Below, piece by piece: positions 34,006-44,231 of a stretch of 64,000 nt of DNA. A program made the position numbers and the translations under genes. The notes beneath the pieces are model-generated. The model had not been told where the DNA came from. It was given only the letters and a program-made list of their open reading frames with translations, and ran no database searches. Each line of letters starts with the position of its first letter. The first letter of the stretch is position 1. Source of the DNA: Bdellovibrionales bacterium (GTDB taxonomy: Bacteria; Bdellovibrionota; Bdellovibrionia; Bdellovibrionales; JAGQZY01); assembly GCA_041739665.1 (NCBI GenBank), contig JBGSNK010000108.1:3918-67917 (forward strand), written 5' to 3'.

Positions 34006-34641
34006 ATGGCATTTATTGTGTTTGAAGGGCTTGATGCCTGCGGAAAATCCACACTTATTGAAAAGGTCACACAAAAGCTGCAAAGCTTGCAAATAGACCC
34101 TTTGGTTTTACGCGACCCCGGAGCCACCGAACTTGGCGAGCGTTTGCGTGACTTGATTCTCAGTACAAAGAGCGAACCTCCCGTTGCCAAAGCCGAAACT
34201 CTGTTGTACCAAGCCGCGCGCGTGCAAATGGTAGAGAAAAAAATCAAACCAGCTCTGAAAGAAGGGCGCTGGGTTTTGTGCGATCGCTTTTACTCGAGCA
34301 CGGTGGCCTTTCAGTCCTACGCTCGCGGCTTGGATCGCAAAGATATCGATAGACTCAATGAGTTTGTGGCCCGAGAAGCTCAACCGGATCTGTTTATTTT
34401 GATTGATATCAGCTTAGAGGAAAGCCAGCGGCGAAAAACGGCGCGAGCAAAAAACTCTGGATTAAAGATGGATCGCATGGAGTTAGAGGCTCAACAGTTT
34501 CAACAAAAGGTCAAACAAGGTTATGATGAGCAAGCCTCAGTGGATCCCAAACATTGGTTCGTATTGGATGGCACGCTCTCTCCCGACCAGCTGTGCGAGG
34601 CAACAGTCAATGAGTTGAGGAGGCGCCATTGGCTGGATTGA
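34006..34641 (+). CDS. tmk: Thymidylate kinase
   Basis: P-loop FEGLDACGKST, ..DRFYSSTVAFQ.. Confidence 0.9.
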   Translation: MAFIVFEGLDACGKSTLIEKVTQKLQSLQIDPLVLRDPGATELGERLRDLILSTKSEPPVAKAETLLYQAARVQMVEKKIKPALKEGRWVLCDRFYSSTVAFQSYARGLDRKDIDRLNEFVAREAQPDLFILIDISLEESQRRKTARAKNSGLKMDRMELEAQQFQQKVKQGYDEQASVDPKHWFVLDGTLSPDQLCEATVNELRRRHWLD

Positions 34642-35540
34642 TTCACTCTTTTATTGGCCATCAAGAGCAAAAAGATTCTTTATTGGGCCTTTTGCGCCAG
34701 GATCATTGGCCCTCTAGCTTTATTTTCAACGGTCCTGATGGCGTTGGAAAGAAAACCTTGGTGCGAGCTCTTTTGCAAGTGGTCAACTGTGACAAAGAAG
34801 ACTTGGCGTGTGGAGTCTGCTCCAATTGCATCCGCAGTCTCGAAGAAAAAAACGAACTGGTTTTTGAACTCAAACCCGAGATCAAACAAGTAATTTCTGT
34901 GGATCAAGTGCGAGAAATTCATCAACAGCTCTCCCTTAAAATGGTGGGAAACAAGGTGCGCTTTATTATTGTGTCGCCTGCCGACAAGTTATCCAGCGCC
35001 AGTGCCAATGCTCTATTGAAAGTTTTAGAAGAGCCACCGCCCCAAACTTACTTCTTTTTGCTCACCCATCGTATCTCTCGTTTGTTACCAACTTTAAGAT
35101 CGCGTTCGCAAACTTGGACTTTTCAAGCTTTGAATCCTCAAGAAATGTCCAGGGTTGGCAACATAGAGGATTGGGCCATTCGCTGGTCCGGCGGTAGTCT
35201 CAATCGAGCCCAGCAGATTCAAAGTGGTGAGGGGAAAGAGTACATTCAGCACAGCCTTAAACTTTTTTACTCTTTATTAAACGAACCTGTGCAAGATTGG
35301 AAAAAAGTAGCACCCTGGTTTTTTTCAGGTGACGAGTGGCGTGAGTTCTCATTGGAAATTTGGGCCGAGGCTTTAAGACAAAAAGCCCACGGTCAAGATC
35401 AGGGGCTCGAGTTTTTGCCGCAAAACTTAGGTCGCATTTCTTCTCTTTTTGAAAGCATCCAGGATCTGCAAAAAGATCTAGAGGCCCATGTGGACAAGCA
35501 ATTGGCTTTGGACAATTTTTATTACCAAGTAAAAAACTAG
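34629..35540 (+). CDS. holB: DNA polymerase III subunit delta'
   Basis: ..GPDGVGKKTL.., Zn-module-like ..CGVCSNC.., ..LLKVLEEPP.. TTG start overlaps tmk. Confidence 0.85.
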   Translation: MAGLIHSFIGHQEQKDSLLGLLRQDHWPSSFIFNGPDGVGKKTLVRALLQVVNCDKEDLACGVCSNCIRSLEEKNELVFELKPEIKQVISVDQVREIHQQLSLKMVGNKVRFIIVSPADKLSSASANALLKVLEEPPPQTYFFLLTHRISRLLPTLRSRSQTWTFQALNPQEMSRVGNIEDWAIRWSGGSLNRAQQIQSGEGKEYIQHSLKLFYSLLNEPVQDWKKVAPWFFSGDEWREFSLEIWAEALRQKAHGQDQGLEFLPQNLGRISSLFESIQDLQKDLEAHVDKQLALDNFYYQVKN

Positions 35541-35549
35541 GATTTTAAG

Positions 35550-36398
35550 ATGAAGCAGTTGCCAGTTGAGTTCGAACAAAAAGAGATCAAAGACATTGGA
35601 TGGATTGACATTCACACCCATCTCAACTTTTTAGAGATCTCAGATCAAGAAGCCATCCAAACTGGATTGCAAAAAGGTCTTCGCCATTTTATCACCATCG
35701 GCACAGAGCCCCAGGACCTTCCTGTTGTATTGGAGTTAGCCGACAAGTGGGCGCCCCATGTTTATTGCACACTTGGCATTCACCCCCACGAAGGCCGCGT
35801 CTTTGACGCCAGTGTTGAAAAGTATTTGCGTGAAAACCTCAATCACCCAAGGGTGGTCGCTGTCGGCGAGATTGGTTTGGACTATTACTACAACAACTCG
35901 CCACGCGATGAGCAACTGCAGGCCTTCCGGGCTCAAATGGATTTGGCTGAAGAGTTTCAACTGCCGGTGGAAATCCACACCCGCGATGCCGAAGACGACA
36001 CCATTGCCATCCTCAATGAGTACAAGGGGCGGGTTTCGGGCTTGATACATTGTTTCACGGGCACTCAAGCTTTGGCGGACGCAGCTTTGGACTGTGGCCT
36101 TAATATTTCTTTTAGTGGGATCGTGACCTTTAAATCGGCCAAAGAGTTGCAAGAGGTCTGTAAAAATACGCCGCTGAACAGAATGCACATCGAGACCGAT
36201 GCTCCCTTTTTGGCGCCCACACCTCTGCGTGGACAAAAAAATCAGCCCGACTTTATGCTCTGGACCGCCAAGTTTGTCTCGGAGCTCAAGGAAGTGGAAC
36301 TCGTGCCCTTTTGTGGGCAAATGAAGACCAACGCCGTGAAGATGTTTCCAAAGCTTCAGTGGGCGTCTCCGGTTGACTCTCTGTGCAACCCAGAATAA
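35550..36398 (+). CDS. tatD: TatD-family metal-dependent hydrolase
   Basis: ..IDIHTHLNF.., ..GEIGLDYYY.., ..EIHTRDA.., ..IHCFTG.., ..ETDAPFLAP.. Confidence 0.9.
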   Translation: MKQLPVEFEQKEIKDIGWIDIHTHLNFLEISDQEAIQTGLQKGLRHFITIGTEPQDLPVVLELADKWAPHVYCTLGIHPHEGRVFDASVEKYLRENLNHPRVVAVGEIGLDYYYNNSPRDEQLQAFRAQMDLAEEFQLPVEIHTRDAEDDTIAILNEYKGRVSGLIHCFTGTQALADAALDCGLNISFSGIVTFKSAKELQEVCKNTPLNRMHIETDAPFLAPTPLRGQKNQPDFMLWTAKFVSELKEVELVPFCGQMKTNAVKMFPKLQWASPVDSLCNPE

Positions 36399-36434
36399 AC
36401 ATCGGGGCTTAAACTCTAAAAATGTGGGGTCCTT

Positions 36435-37442
36435 ATGTCTCAGCGCCTTCGTGTCGGTATCAATGGTTTTGGTCGTATTGGAAGAATCTTATTTCGCAAA
36501 GCTTTTGCAGACTTTGACATCGTGGGTGTTAACACCGGTTCTGGCGACACCGCTTCCCAGGCTCATTTTCTGAAGTACGACAGTGCCCACGGTCGCTTTG
36601 AACAAACCGTTACCCACGAAGAGAACTTTTTGATTGTGGGCGGCAAAAGAATCCCAATAAGCTATAAAAAAGATCCTCGCGAGATTCCTTGGAAAGAGTG
36701 GGGTGCGGACATTGTTTTTGAATGCACGGGCATTTTCAAAGACTCTGAAGCGAATAGTATGCATTTGCAAGCTGGGGCCAAACGCGTGATTGTGTCCGCT
36801 CCTGCTAAAGTGGACACCACGTTGGTTTATGGCATCAACCATAAGACTTATGATCCGGCTCAACACAAGATTGTCAGCAACGCCTCTTGCACCACCAACT
36901 GTTTGGCCCCTGTCGCTAAAGTGTTAAACGACTCTTTTGGTATTGAAACGGCCTTGATGACCACCGTTCACTCTTACACCAATGATCAAAATGTTTTAGA
37001 TGCCGCTCACAGTGATTTGCGTCGCGCCCGCGCGGCTGCTGTGTCCATGATACCAACCAGCACCGGTGCTGCGGCTGCGGTGGGATTGGTTTTACCGGAG
37101 CTGAAAGGAAAAATCCACGGCATGGCAGTCCGAGTGCCCACACCCAACGTGAGTTTGGTGGATCTCGTCGCCAACCTAAAAACGGATGTGACCGCTGAGC
37201 AAGTCAACGCCGCTTTAATCAAGGCCTCTGAGGGTGAGATGAAAGGTGTGCTTGCCTGCACGAGTGATCCAGTCGTCAGTATCGATATAAACGGTTTGCC
37301 CGAAAGTTCAATCGTCGATTTGGAAAATACATCTGTTATGGGTGGGCGCATGGTTAAAGTTCTTTCTTGGTACGACAACGAGGTGGGCTTTTCTTGCCGT
37401 ATGCTCGACCTTGCTCGCTTTATGGCAGAGAAGGGCCTTTAA
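36435..37442 (+). CDS. gap: Glyceraldehyde-3-phosphate dehydrogenase
   Basis: ..VGINGFGRIGR.., catalytic ..SNASCTTNCLAP.. Confidence 0.95.
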   Translation: MSQRLRVGINGFGRIGRILFRKAFADFDIVGVNTGSGDTASQAHFLKYDSAHGRFEQTVTHEENFLIVGGKRIPISYKKDPREIPWKEWGADIVFECTGIFKDSEANSMHLQAGAKRVIVSAPAKVDTTLVYGINHKTYDPAQHKIVSNASCTTNCLAPVAKVLNDSFGIETALMTTVHSYTNDQNVLDAAHSDLRRARAAAVSMIPTSTGAAAAVGLVLPELKGKIHGMAVRVPTPNVSLVDLVANLKTDVTAEQVNAALIKASEGEMKGVLACTSDPVVSIDINGLPESSIVDLENTSVMGGRMVKVLSWYDNEVGFSCRMLDLARFMAEKGL

Positions 37443-38641
37443 TGGCACGCCTTGGTTTTTTAAATTTTCAAGACATCGAAGTGAAGGGACAGCGAGTGTT
37501 CTTGCGCCTCGATCTTAATGTTCCCATCAAGGACGGCAAAATTTTAGACCGCAATCGCATCGATGCGGCCTTACCCACCGTTCGACAACTTTTGGACCGT
37601 GGCGCTCGCCTTGTGATCGCTTCCCATTTGGGGCGTCCCAAAACTGAGGAAGATCGCCAAAAACTCACTCTTGAGCCAGTCGCCGAATATCTCAGTGAAG
37701 TGGGTCTGGACGTCATGTTTATGGAAACTCCAGACTCGGAGGCGCCCTACGAATTGATTAAGGGTCTTTCTAGTTCACAAATCATCCTTCTTGAAAACTT
37801 AAGGTTTGCAGAAGGTGAGACAAAAAATTCTCAGGAACTGGCCGCCAAGTGGTCGCGCTACACGGACATTTACATCAACGATGCCTTTGGCGCCAGTCAT
37901 AGAGCTCACGCCAGTATCGATGCCATGGCTCGTTTGATCCCCGTCCGTTGTTACGGTCCTCTTATCGAAAAAGAGCTCAGTGCCTTGAAGACTATAAAAG
38001 AAGATCCTCAACATCCTTTTGTCCTGATCACAGGTGGAAGCAAAGTCAGTGATAAACTTCCTTTGTTAGATGCCTTGATTGATAAGGTCGATTCGGTTTT
38101 GATTGGGGGAGGAATGGCCTACACTTTTTTAAAGGTTATGGGCCAACCCATTGGCAATTCACTTTTGCAAAAGGATCAAGTCTCGTTAGCTGAGAAGTTT
38201 TTAAGTCGCATGAAGAGCCAAGGAAAAAAAGTTCTTGTTCCCGTTGATCATATGGTGGTCGAGGACTTTTCGAATCCAAATGACAAAGGTGGTGTTGTCG
38301 ACACCATTCTCGAGGGTCAAGTAGCTGTTGATATCGGTCCTAAAACACAAAAACTGTTTGCCGAAGAAATCTTAAAGTCTGGCTCTGTTTTTTGGAATGG
38401 TCCTATGGGTGTTTACGAGCGCAAACCTTTTCATCAAGGCTCCGTAGCTATTGCCCAAGCTATGGCCGAGTGTTCCGCCTTTACTGTGATAGGTGGGGGT
38501 GACTCTGCAGCTGCGGCTATTGATTCGGGTTTCGCGGACAAAATTGACCATATTTCAACTGGTGGAGGGGCCTCCCTAGAATACATTCAAGGGATTAAAA
38601 TGCCCGGTATTGAAGCCCTCAGAGTGAGATTACCTGAATGA
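37442..38641 (+). CDS. pgk: Phosphoglycerate kinase
   Basis: Start at ATG 37442 (TAATG overlap with gap). ..RLDLNVP.., ..ASHLGRP.., ..FWNGPMGV.., ..STGGGASLE.. Confidence 0.95.
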   Translation: MARLGFLNFQDIEVKGQRVFLRLDLNVPIKDGKILDRNRIDAALPTVRQLLDRGARLVIASHLGRPKTEEDRQKLTLEPVAEYLSEVGLDVMFMETPDSEAPYELIKGLSSSQIILLENLRFAEGETKNSQELAAKWSRYTDIYINDAFGASHRAHASIDAMARLIPVRCYGPLIEKELSALKTIKEDPQHPFVLITGGSKVSDKLPLLDALIDKVDSVLIGGGMAYTFLKVMGQPIGNSLLQKDQVSLAEKFLSRMKSQGKKVLVPVDHMVVEDFSNPNDKGGVVDTILEGQVAVDIGPKTQKLFAEEILKSGSVFWNGPMGVYERKPFHQGSVAIAQAMAECSAFTVIGGGDSAAAAIDSGFADKIDHISTGGGASLEYIQGIKMPGIEALRVRLPE

Positions 38642-39375
38642 GTTTGTTCTTAGCAGCCAATTGGAAAATGTATAAAAATCCAGAAGAGGCCACAGTCTAC
38701 TTCAAAGAGCTATTTGCTTTAGATATTCCTACATCGACTCAACTTGCTTTTTTTGTTCCCAGTGTAAATGCTACGACTGTTGCTCAATCATTAAAAGACA
38801 GTACCGTTGTTTGGGGGCCGCAAAATATTTATCCTGCTGCAGAAGGGGCTTTCACCGGCGAGACATCGCCAAAAGTGATGGCCGATCTAGGTGCTCAACT
38901 TTCTTTGGTGGGACATAGCGAACGCCGGCAATTGTTTCATGAGAGCAATGAACAAACCAACCTTAAAGTAAAGTCTTGTTTGCAGCTTGGAATCACACCC
39001 CTTTTATGTGTGGGTGAAAATCTTGAGCAACGTAAACAGGGACAAACACTTGAGGTTGTCAAGACCCAGATTATTCAGGGTTTAAAGGACTGTCAGTCCA
39101 ACCTTTTCCATATTGCTTACGAACCAGTTTGGGCCATTGGAACCGGAGAAGTCGCCAATCGTGAGCAGGTTTCTGAAGTTCATTCTTTTATAAGAAGTTT
39201 TTTAAATCAAAATTTTCAACTCGCGGCCAGCATCAGAATTCTTTATGGGGGCTCCGTGAAACCCGACAATGCCGCCGACCTTTTTTCTATTCCAGATGTG
39301 CAAGGTTTTCTTGTCGGAGGGGCCTCGTTGAAAGCCACCACCTTTTGTGAGATTGCTCAAGTTTGTAAGTCATGA
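38638..39375 (+). CDS. tpiA: Triosephosphate isomerase
   Basis: ..AANWKM.., ..VGHSERR.., ..IAYEPVWAIGTG.., ..ILYGGSV.. Confidence 0.95.
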   Translation: MSLFLAANWKMYKNPEEATVYFKELFALDIPTSTQLAFFVPSVNATTVAQSLKDSTVVWGPQNIYPAAEGAFTGETSPKVMADLGAQLSLVGHSERRQLFHESNEQTNLKVKSCLQLGITPLLCVGENLEQRKQGQTLEVVKTQIIQGLKDCQSNLFHIAYEPVWAIGTGEVANREQVSEVHSFIRSFLNQNFQLAASIRILYGGSVKPDNAADLFSIPDVQGFLVGGASLKATTFCEIAQVCKS

Positions 39376-41027
39376 ACAAAAAAAGTCAGACCGCTTTTTT
39401 TATTGTCCTTGTTTTTTTTATTTCTGTTTTTTTTATCGATAAACCTGTTCCGCAAACATTTTGGAGTTTAGTTCCGCCAATCACAGCTATTGTTTTGGCA
39501 TTTTTGTCGGGTCACTTGATATTAAGCTTGGGTACGGCTGTTTTTCTGGGAACAACTATGTTGGCTCTTGGACTAGGGCAGGATTTGTTAGCTTCGCTTG
39601 GCCAAGCCAGTCTTCATTCGACTCGTTATTTTATCAGTAGTTTTACAGACGGTAGCAATCTTCTTATTTTAGGATTTGTGTTTTTTATTTTATCCATGGT
39701 TCACGTTATCACATTGGCGGGAGGGCTAGAGTCTTTAGTCCTTTATTTAAAGCGTTGGGTGGTGGGTCCGCGCTCGGCCCAGTTTGTGACAGCTCTGCTC
39801 GGGTGTCTCATCTTTATTGATGATTACGCCAATACTATGATTGTGGGTTCGACGATGAAGTCGGTGACTGACAAATACAAAATCAGCCGTGAAAAACTGG
39901 CCTTCCTCGTGGATGCCACCAGCGCTCCCATTGCAGGGATTGCATTGGTTAGTACATGGATCGGTTATGAAGTCGGCCTTTTCTCCGAGATGTCCCGTCA
40001 GTTTCAATGGCCGGTAGATGGTTACGGTATTTTTTTAGAAGCCCTCGCCTTTCGTTACTATTGCTTCATGATGTTGATCTTTGTTTTTATCAACATCTTT
40101 TTTGCCGTCGAATATGGTCCTATGAAAGAAAGCGAGGATAATGCTCGCAAACAAGCGAACAGCGCTGTGGCCGAACTCCAACAAGAACCAAGCTTTCGCC
40201 ATTTTCTTTGTGCATTGTTACCCCTCAGTAGTTTGCTGTTCTTTGTTTTCGGCTTGTTGTGGTGGGATGGTGGAGGTCTCGACAGAAACATTTTGAGCCC
40301 CAGTGATTGGCATTTGGTTTTGATAAACTCACAAAATGGCACACAGATTTTATTTTACTCATCTTTTGCGAGTTATTTAATATCAATTGTGTTGGCTTTC
40401 ATCCTGGCTCGCATGCCATTTTCACAATTTAAGCAGGCCTTTATCTTAGGAGTCAAAAGTGCAGGGCTGCCCATAGTGATCTTGGTTTTGGCATGGTCTA
40501 TGAAATTGTTGTGCGACGAAATGCAAACTGGCGAATATGTTGTCTTGGCTCTACGAGAAGGTTTAAACCCCATGTGGTTGCCTCTTTGCATTTTTGTTGT
40601 AGCCGCCGTTACTGCTTTTTCTACAGGGACAAGTTGGGGCACTATGGCGATTTTGATTCCCACAGTGACCCCTTTGGCTCTCAGTCTTGGTGGGGGAGAG
40701 TATGGAATATTTTTGGTTCTTTGTTTGGCTGCCATTTTAGATGGGGCTATCATGGGAGATCATTGCTCGCCCATCTCGGACACCACTATTATGAGCTCGA
40801 TTTCAACCGACTGTGATTTGCTGTCCCATGTAAAAACCCAATTGCCCTACAGTTTAACGGTGGGCTTTTTAGCCATAGTTTTAGGCTATCTGCCAGCTGG
40901 CCTCTCTTTGTCAGTACCCGGGGGCGAAGGTATCCCACTGCTCCTGACCCTTCTGTTGTCTTTACTTTTGCTTGTTGGGCTGTTTTTTGCTTTAAAGAGA
41001 AGGAACCACAATCGGGGAGACCTTTAA
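39372..41027 (+). CDS. nhaC: Na+/H+ antiporter NhaC-family membrane protein
   Basis: About 11-12 TM helices. ..FIDDYANTMIVG.. and ..GDHCSPISDTT.. motifs typical of the NhaC family. 4-nt overlap with tpiA. Confidence 0.7.
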   Translation: MNKKSQTAFFIVLVFFISVFFIDKPVPQTFWSLVPPITAIVLAFLSGHLILSLGTAVFLGTTMLALGLGQDLLASLGQASLHSTRYFISSFTDGSNLLILGFVFFILSMVHVITLAGGLESLVLYLKRWVVGPRSAQFVTALLGCLIFIDDYANTMIVGSTMKSVTDKYKISREKLAFLVDATSAPIAGIALVSTWIGYEVGLFSEMSRQFQWPVDGYGIFLEALAFRYYCFMMLIFVFINIFFAVEYGPMKESEDNARKQANSAVAELQQEPSFRHFLCALLPLSSLLFFVFGLLWWDGGGLDRNILSPSDWHLVLINSQNGTQILFYSSFASYLISIVLAFILARMPFSQFKQAFILGVKSAGLPIVILVLAWSMKLLCDEMQTGEYVVLALREGLNPMWLPLCIFVVAAVTAFSTGTSWGTMAILIPTVTPLALSLGGGEYGIFLVLCLAAILDGAIMGDHCSPISDTTIMSSISTDCDLLSHVKTQLPYSLTVGFLAIVLGYLPAGLSLSVPGGEGIPLLLTLLLSLLLLVGLFFALKRRNHNRGDL

Positions 41028-42242
41028 ATGAGTGATCTCAAAATCAGTCTTGATGACGTCAAAAATGCGCAGGCCAATATTGCCAAAGTGGTTCGTAAAA
41101 CACCTACCCATTTGGCGCTGAGTCCTTTCTTAAGCCAACAGCAAGTTTACTTTAAAATGGAAAACTTGCAATTGACGGGCAGTTTTAAAATTCGTGGTTC
41201 TTTAAATAAAATTTCTAATTTGAGTAAAGAAGAAAAGCAGAGAGGTGTGATTGCCGCTTCCGCGGGGAATCATGCTCAAGGCGTGGCCATGAGCTCCCAA
41301 CTTTTTAACGTGAAAAGTAAAATTGTCATGCCAGAAACAGCCCCGTTGATAAAAATTTCGGCCACCAGATCTTACGGTGCGGAGGTCATTTTACACGGCC
41401 GCTACTTTGATGAAGCTTTTGAAAAGGCCCAAGAGATTGCCAAAGAGGAAGGGCTTGTTTTTGTCCATCCCTACGAAGACCCAAAGGTTATTGCCGGCCA
41501 GGGGACTATCGGTTTTGAAATTTTAGAGGCTATTCCCAGTTTAAAAAGTGTCGTTGTCCCCATAGGCGGCGGTGGTTTGATTTCTGGTATTGCCTTTGTC
41601 ATCAAACAAATCAATCCCAATTGTGAAGTGATTGGTGTGGTCTCGAACCAAACACCCGGCATGATGGAGTTTAAAACAGGTCAAGAGTTTGAAAAACCAA
41701 AAAAAGTTTCGTCCATTGCCGATGGTATTGCAGTTAAACGCACAAGTAAAAAAATGTTCGACACCTACATTGGCCCCTACGTGGATAGGATTGTTTCTGT
41801 GGACGACGAGGAAATTTCACAAGCCATTGTTTACGCCATGGAAACCGAAAAAACTATTTTAGAGGGAAGTGGGGCCGCCGGACTGGCTGCAGTTCTGTGT
41901 AAAAAGGTAGAGCTCAAGGGACCAAGTTGTATTGTTTTATGCGGGGGCAACATCGACCTCAATACTATTGTATCTGTGATTGACACTGGTTTGCGCCGCC
42001 AGGGCCGTTTGGCGCGCATTTCAACAATCGTCGATGATCTTCCCGGAACCCTAGCAGATTTAACGAGAGTTTTTGCCGATATGAGAGCCAATGTTCTCGA
42101 TGTGATCCACGATCGCGTCAGTCCCGAGCTTTCCTTGCGTCAAACTCGCATTGATTTTTTGATCGAAACCTCGAGTTTTGAGCATATCGAGAAAATCAAA
42201 GCCGAAATCAAAAAACACAATATTCGTATTCTTGAAAGGTAG
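41028..42242 (+). CDS. ilvA: Threonine ammonia-lyase (threonine dehydratase), short form with C-terminal regulatory domain
   Basis: PLP-Lys motif ..LQLTGSFKIRG.., ..ASAGNHAQGVA.., ..GGGGLISG.. Confidence 0.85.
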   Translation: MSDLKISLDDVKNAQANIAKVVRKTPTHLALSPFLSQQQVYFKMENLQLTGSFKIRGSLNKISNLSKEEKQRGVIAASAGNHAQGVAMSSQLFNVKSKIVMPETAPLIKISATRSYGAEVILHGRYFDEAFEKAQEIAKEEGLVFVHPYEDPKVIAGQGTIGFEILEAIPSLKSVVVPIGGGGLISGIAFVIKQINPNCEVIGVVSNQTPGMMEFKTGQEFEKPKKVSSIADGIAVKRTSKKMFDTYIGPYVDRIVSVDDEEISQAIVYAMETEKTILEGSGAAGLAAVLCKKVELKGPSCIVLCGGNIDLNTIVSVIDTGLRRQGRLARISTIVDDLPGTLADLTRVFADMRANVLDVIHDRVSPELSLRQTRIDFLIETSSFEHIEKIKAEIKKHNIRILER

Positions 42243-42246
42243 TTGC

Positions 42247-43365
42247 ATGCGTGTTTCCCCCGAAATTGAGTCCTTGATTCCCTACAAACCTGGTAAGCCC
42301 ATTGAAGAGACCAAACGTGAATTGGGTCTTGAACATGTGGTGAAATTGGCGAGCAACGAAAACCCTTTGGGCCCCAGCCCCAAAGCCGTGCAGGCTATTC
42401 ATGGGGCTTGTAAAGATTTGGCTCGCTACCCCGATCCCACTTGTTTTCGCTTACGTGCCAGCCTCGCAAAAAAATGGGATGTTTCGGCTGAGGAAATTGT
42501 CATCGGCAACGGTTCCAACGAGCTTATCGACCTCCTTATTCGTGTCTTTTGTGAACCTGGCGACAAAGTGATTTATCCTGAAAAATCCTTTGTTGCGTAT
42601 TCTGTTTGTGCCCAGGCGGCTCGGGTCAGTCGTATGGAAATCCCTGTGGACGACCAGTTTGAATGGGATGTGGATAAGTTTTTAGAAAATTTTAAAAAGA
42701 ACTCGCGCGGTAACGAAAAAATTCTTTTTATCGCGAACCCGAACAACCCCACCGGCACCTATCTGAATCAAGAAAAAACCAAGAGGTTATTAGACCAGTT
42801 GGGTGGGCGCGAGGATTTGTTGATCGTCTTCGATGAAGCCTATAATGAGTATGTTCGCGCCACTGACTTTCCAAAAGCTTTGGACTATTACAAGCAACAC
42901 GCCAATGTCTTGGTGCTACGCACTTTTAGTAAGGTGTATGGTTTAGCGGGGCTGCGTGTGGGAGCCCTCGTGGGGCGTCGCGAGCATTTGGACTTTATCA
43001 ATCGGGTGCGCAACCCTTTTAATGTGAACTCCCTGGCGCAAGAGGCCACCTTGGCTGCCATCGAGGATCATGAGTATTTAAAAGAATCCCAACAGGTGAA
43101 CTGGACGGGATTAGATGCCATTTACCCTTATCTAGAAAAAAATGGACTTCCTTATATACCCTCGCAAACCAACTTTGTTTTATTTGATAGTCTGCGCGAC
43201 GGGCAGGAGGTTTTTCAAGAGGCCATGAAGAGAGGTCTTTTATTGCGCCCCATGGGGGGCTATGGACTGCCTCGTCACATTCGAATGAGCATTGGGACGG
43301 TCGCTGAAATGAAAGAAGCCCGAGTGATCTTGGAGCAAACCCTGGCTGCGGTGGACAAGATATGA
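42247..43365 (+). CDS. hisC: Histidinol-phosphate aminotransferase
   Basis: Start at ATG 42247. ..LASNENPLGPSP.., ..NPNNPTG.., PLP-Lys ..RTFSKVYGLAGLRVG.. Confidence 0.85.
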   Translation: MRVSPEIESLIPYKPGKPIEETKRELGLEHVVKLASNENPLGPSPKAVQAIHGACKDLARYPDPTCFRLRASLAKKWDVSAEEIVIGNGSNELIDLLIRVFCEPGDKVIYPEKSFVAYSVCAQAARVSRMEIPVDDQFEWDVDKFLENFKKNSRGNEKILFIANPNNPTGTYLNQEKTKRLLDQLGGREDLLIVFDEAYNEYVRATDFPKALDYYKQHANVLVLRTFSKVYGLAGLRVGALVGRREHLDFINRVRNPFNVNSLAQEATLAAIEDHEYLKESQQVNWTGLDAIYPYLEKNGLPYIPSQTNFVLFDSLRDGQEVFQEAMKRGLLLRPMGGYGLPRHIRMSIGTVAEMKEARVILEQTLAAVDKI

Positions 43366-44024
43366 GTGCGATAAAACTCATCACCATCGACGGTCCTTCG
43401 GCATCAGGTAAATCTTCGGTGAGTCGTGAAGTGGCTCGCCATTTAGGGTGGCCTTGGGTTTCCACTGGAGCTTTTTATCGAGGCTTGGCTTTAGCGGCGC
43501 TAAAGAAAAATGTTCTGGCCAGTGATGAAAAGGCTTTAGTTGATTTAGCTAGCCAAACTCTTTGGAAAATTGAAATGACTCCAGAAGACACCTTAGTTCT
43601 GTTTGACGATTTCGATGTCACCGGGGATATTTTTGGCGAGAAAGTGGGGGCTATGGCCAGCCAAATCAGCCAAATTCCAGGAGTTCGTGCGGCCCTTTTA
43701 CAAAGACAGCGCGACTGTTTTCAACCCTCAATAGGTTTAGTGGCTGAGGGTCGTGATTGCGGAACTGTGGTGTTTCCAAATGCAACGGCCAAAATTTATC
43801 TGACTGCCAGCCCTTCACTGCGTGCAATGCGACGCTCCGAGCAGGAACAAGGATCCTTGGCAGAGACTCTAAAGCTCCAAAAGAACAGGGATAAACAAGA
43901 TTCCCAGCGCCAGGTGGCTCCCCTTAAGGTGGCCGATGGGGCTATGACTATTGACTCGAGTTATTTAAGCCTGACCGAAGTGGTCGAAGAAGTTCTGAAG
44001 TACTCCCGATCCCTTGGAATCTAG
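43362..44024 (+). CDS. cmk: Cytidylate kinase
   Basis: ..ITIDGPSASGKSS.. P-loop. Conserved cmk-rpsA linkage. Confidence 0.9.
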   Translation: MSAIKLITIDGPSASGKSSVSREVARHLGWPWVSTGAFYRGLALAALKKNVLASDEKALVDLASQTLWKIEMTPEDTLVLFDDFDVTGDIFGEKVGAMASQISQIPGVRAALLQRQRDCFQPSIGLVAEGRDCGTVVFPNATAKIYLTASPSLRAMRRSEQEQGSLAETLKLQKNRDKQDSQRQVAPLKVADGAMTIDSSYLSLTEVVEEVLKYSRSLGI

Positions 44025-44060
44025 GGCCTGGGCAAAGGCCCTTAGCCCTCATTTTTGCCT

Positions 44061-44088
44061 TTGACTTTGAGCGTTTAAGCTCTATAAG
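44061..44088 (+). promoter_or_regulatory. Candidate sigma-70 promoter for rpsA
   Basis: TTGACT-16 nt-TATAAG. It would give a ~135-nt leader before ATG 44232. Confidence 0.4.
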
Positions 44089-44231
44089 TGGAACCTCATA
44101 TCTTGTGACCATTTGTCCTAAGCTTTTTGCTAGTCTTTGCAAATTGCCTGCGGTGAAGGCTCAGGAATGAAATCTAGGAAGTCAATGGCCACACCGAGCT
44201 GTTATTTCCACCAAGGAGGTACATAAATTTC

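Noticed and set aside
35736-36320. 194-aa ORF on the minus strand
   Set aside because: It lies entirely antisense to tatD, whose product shows every TatD metal-binding motif. It is a shadow ORF with no RBS or recognisable motif.
37367-37441. N-terminal extensions in the ORF track (also 4778-4861, 10157-10216, 30757-30888, 42178-42246, 52413-52427 and 55106-55189)
   Set aside because: The extensions overlap upstream genes or promoters and add non-homologous residues before well-known N-termini (pgk, rpmB, the lipoprotein, the dehydratase, hisC, lysR, nrdR). Internal ATG starts with RBS-like sequences were preferred.
43019-43465. 148-aa minus-strand ORF spanning the hisC/cmk junction
   Set aside because: It is antisense to two well-supported genes, has low-complexity composition and shows no motif.
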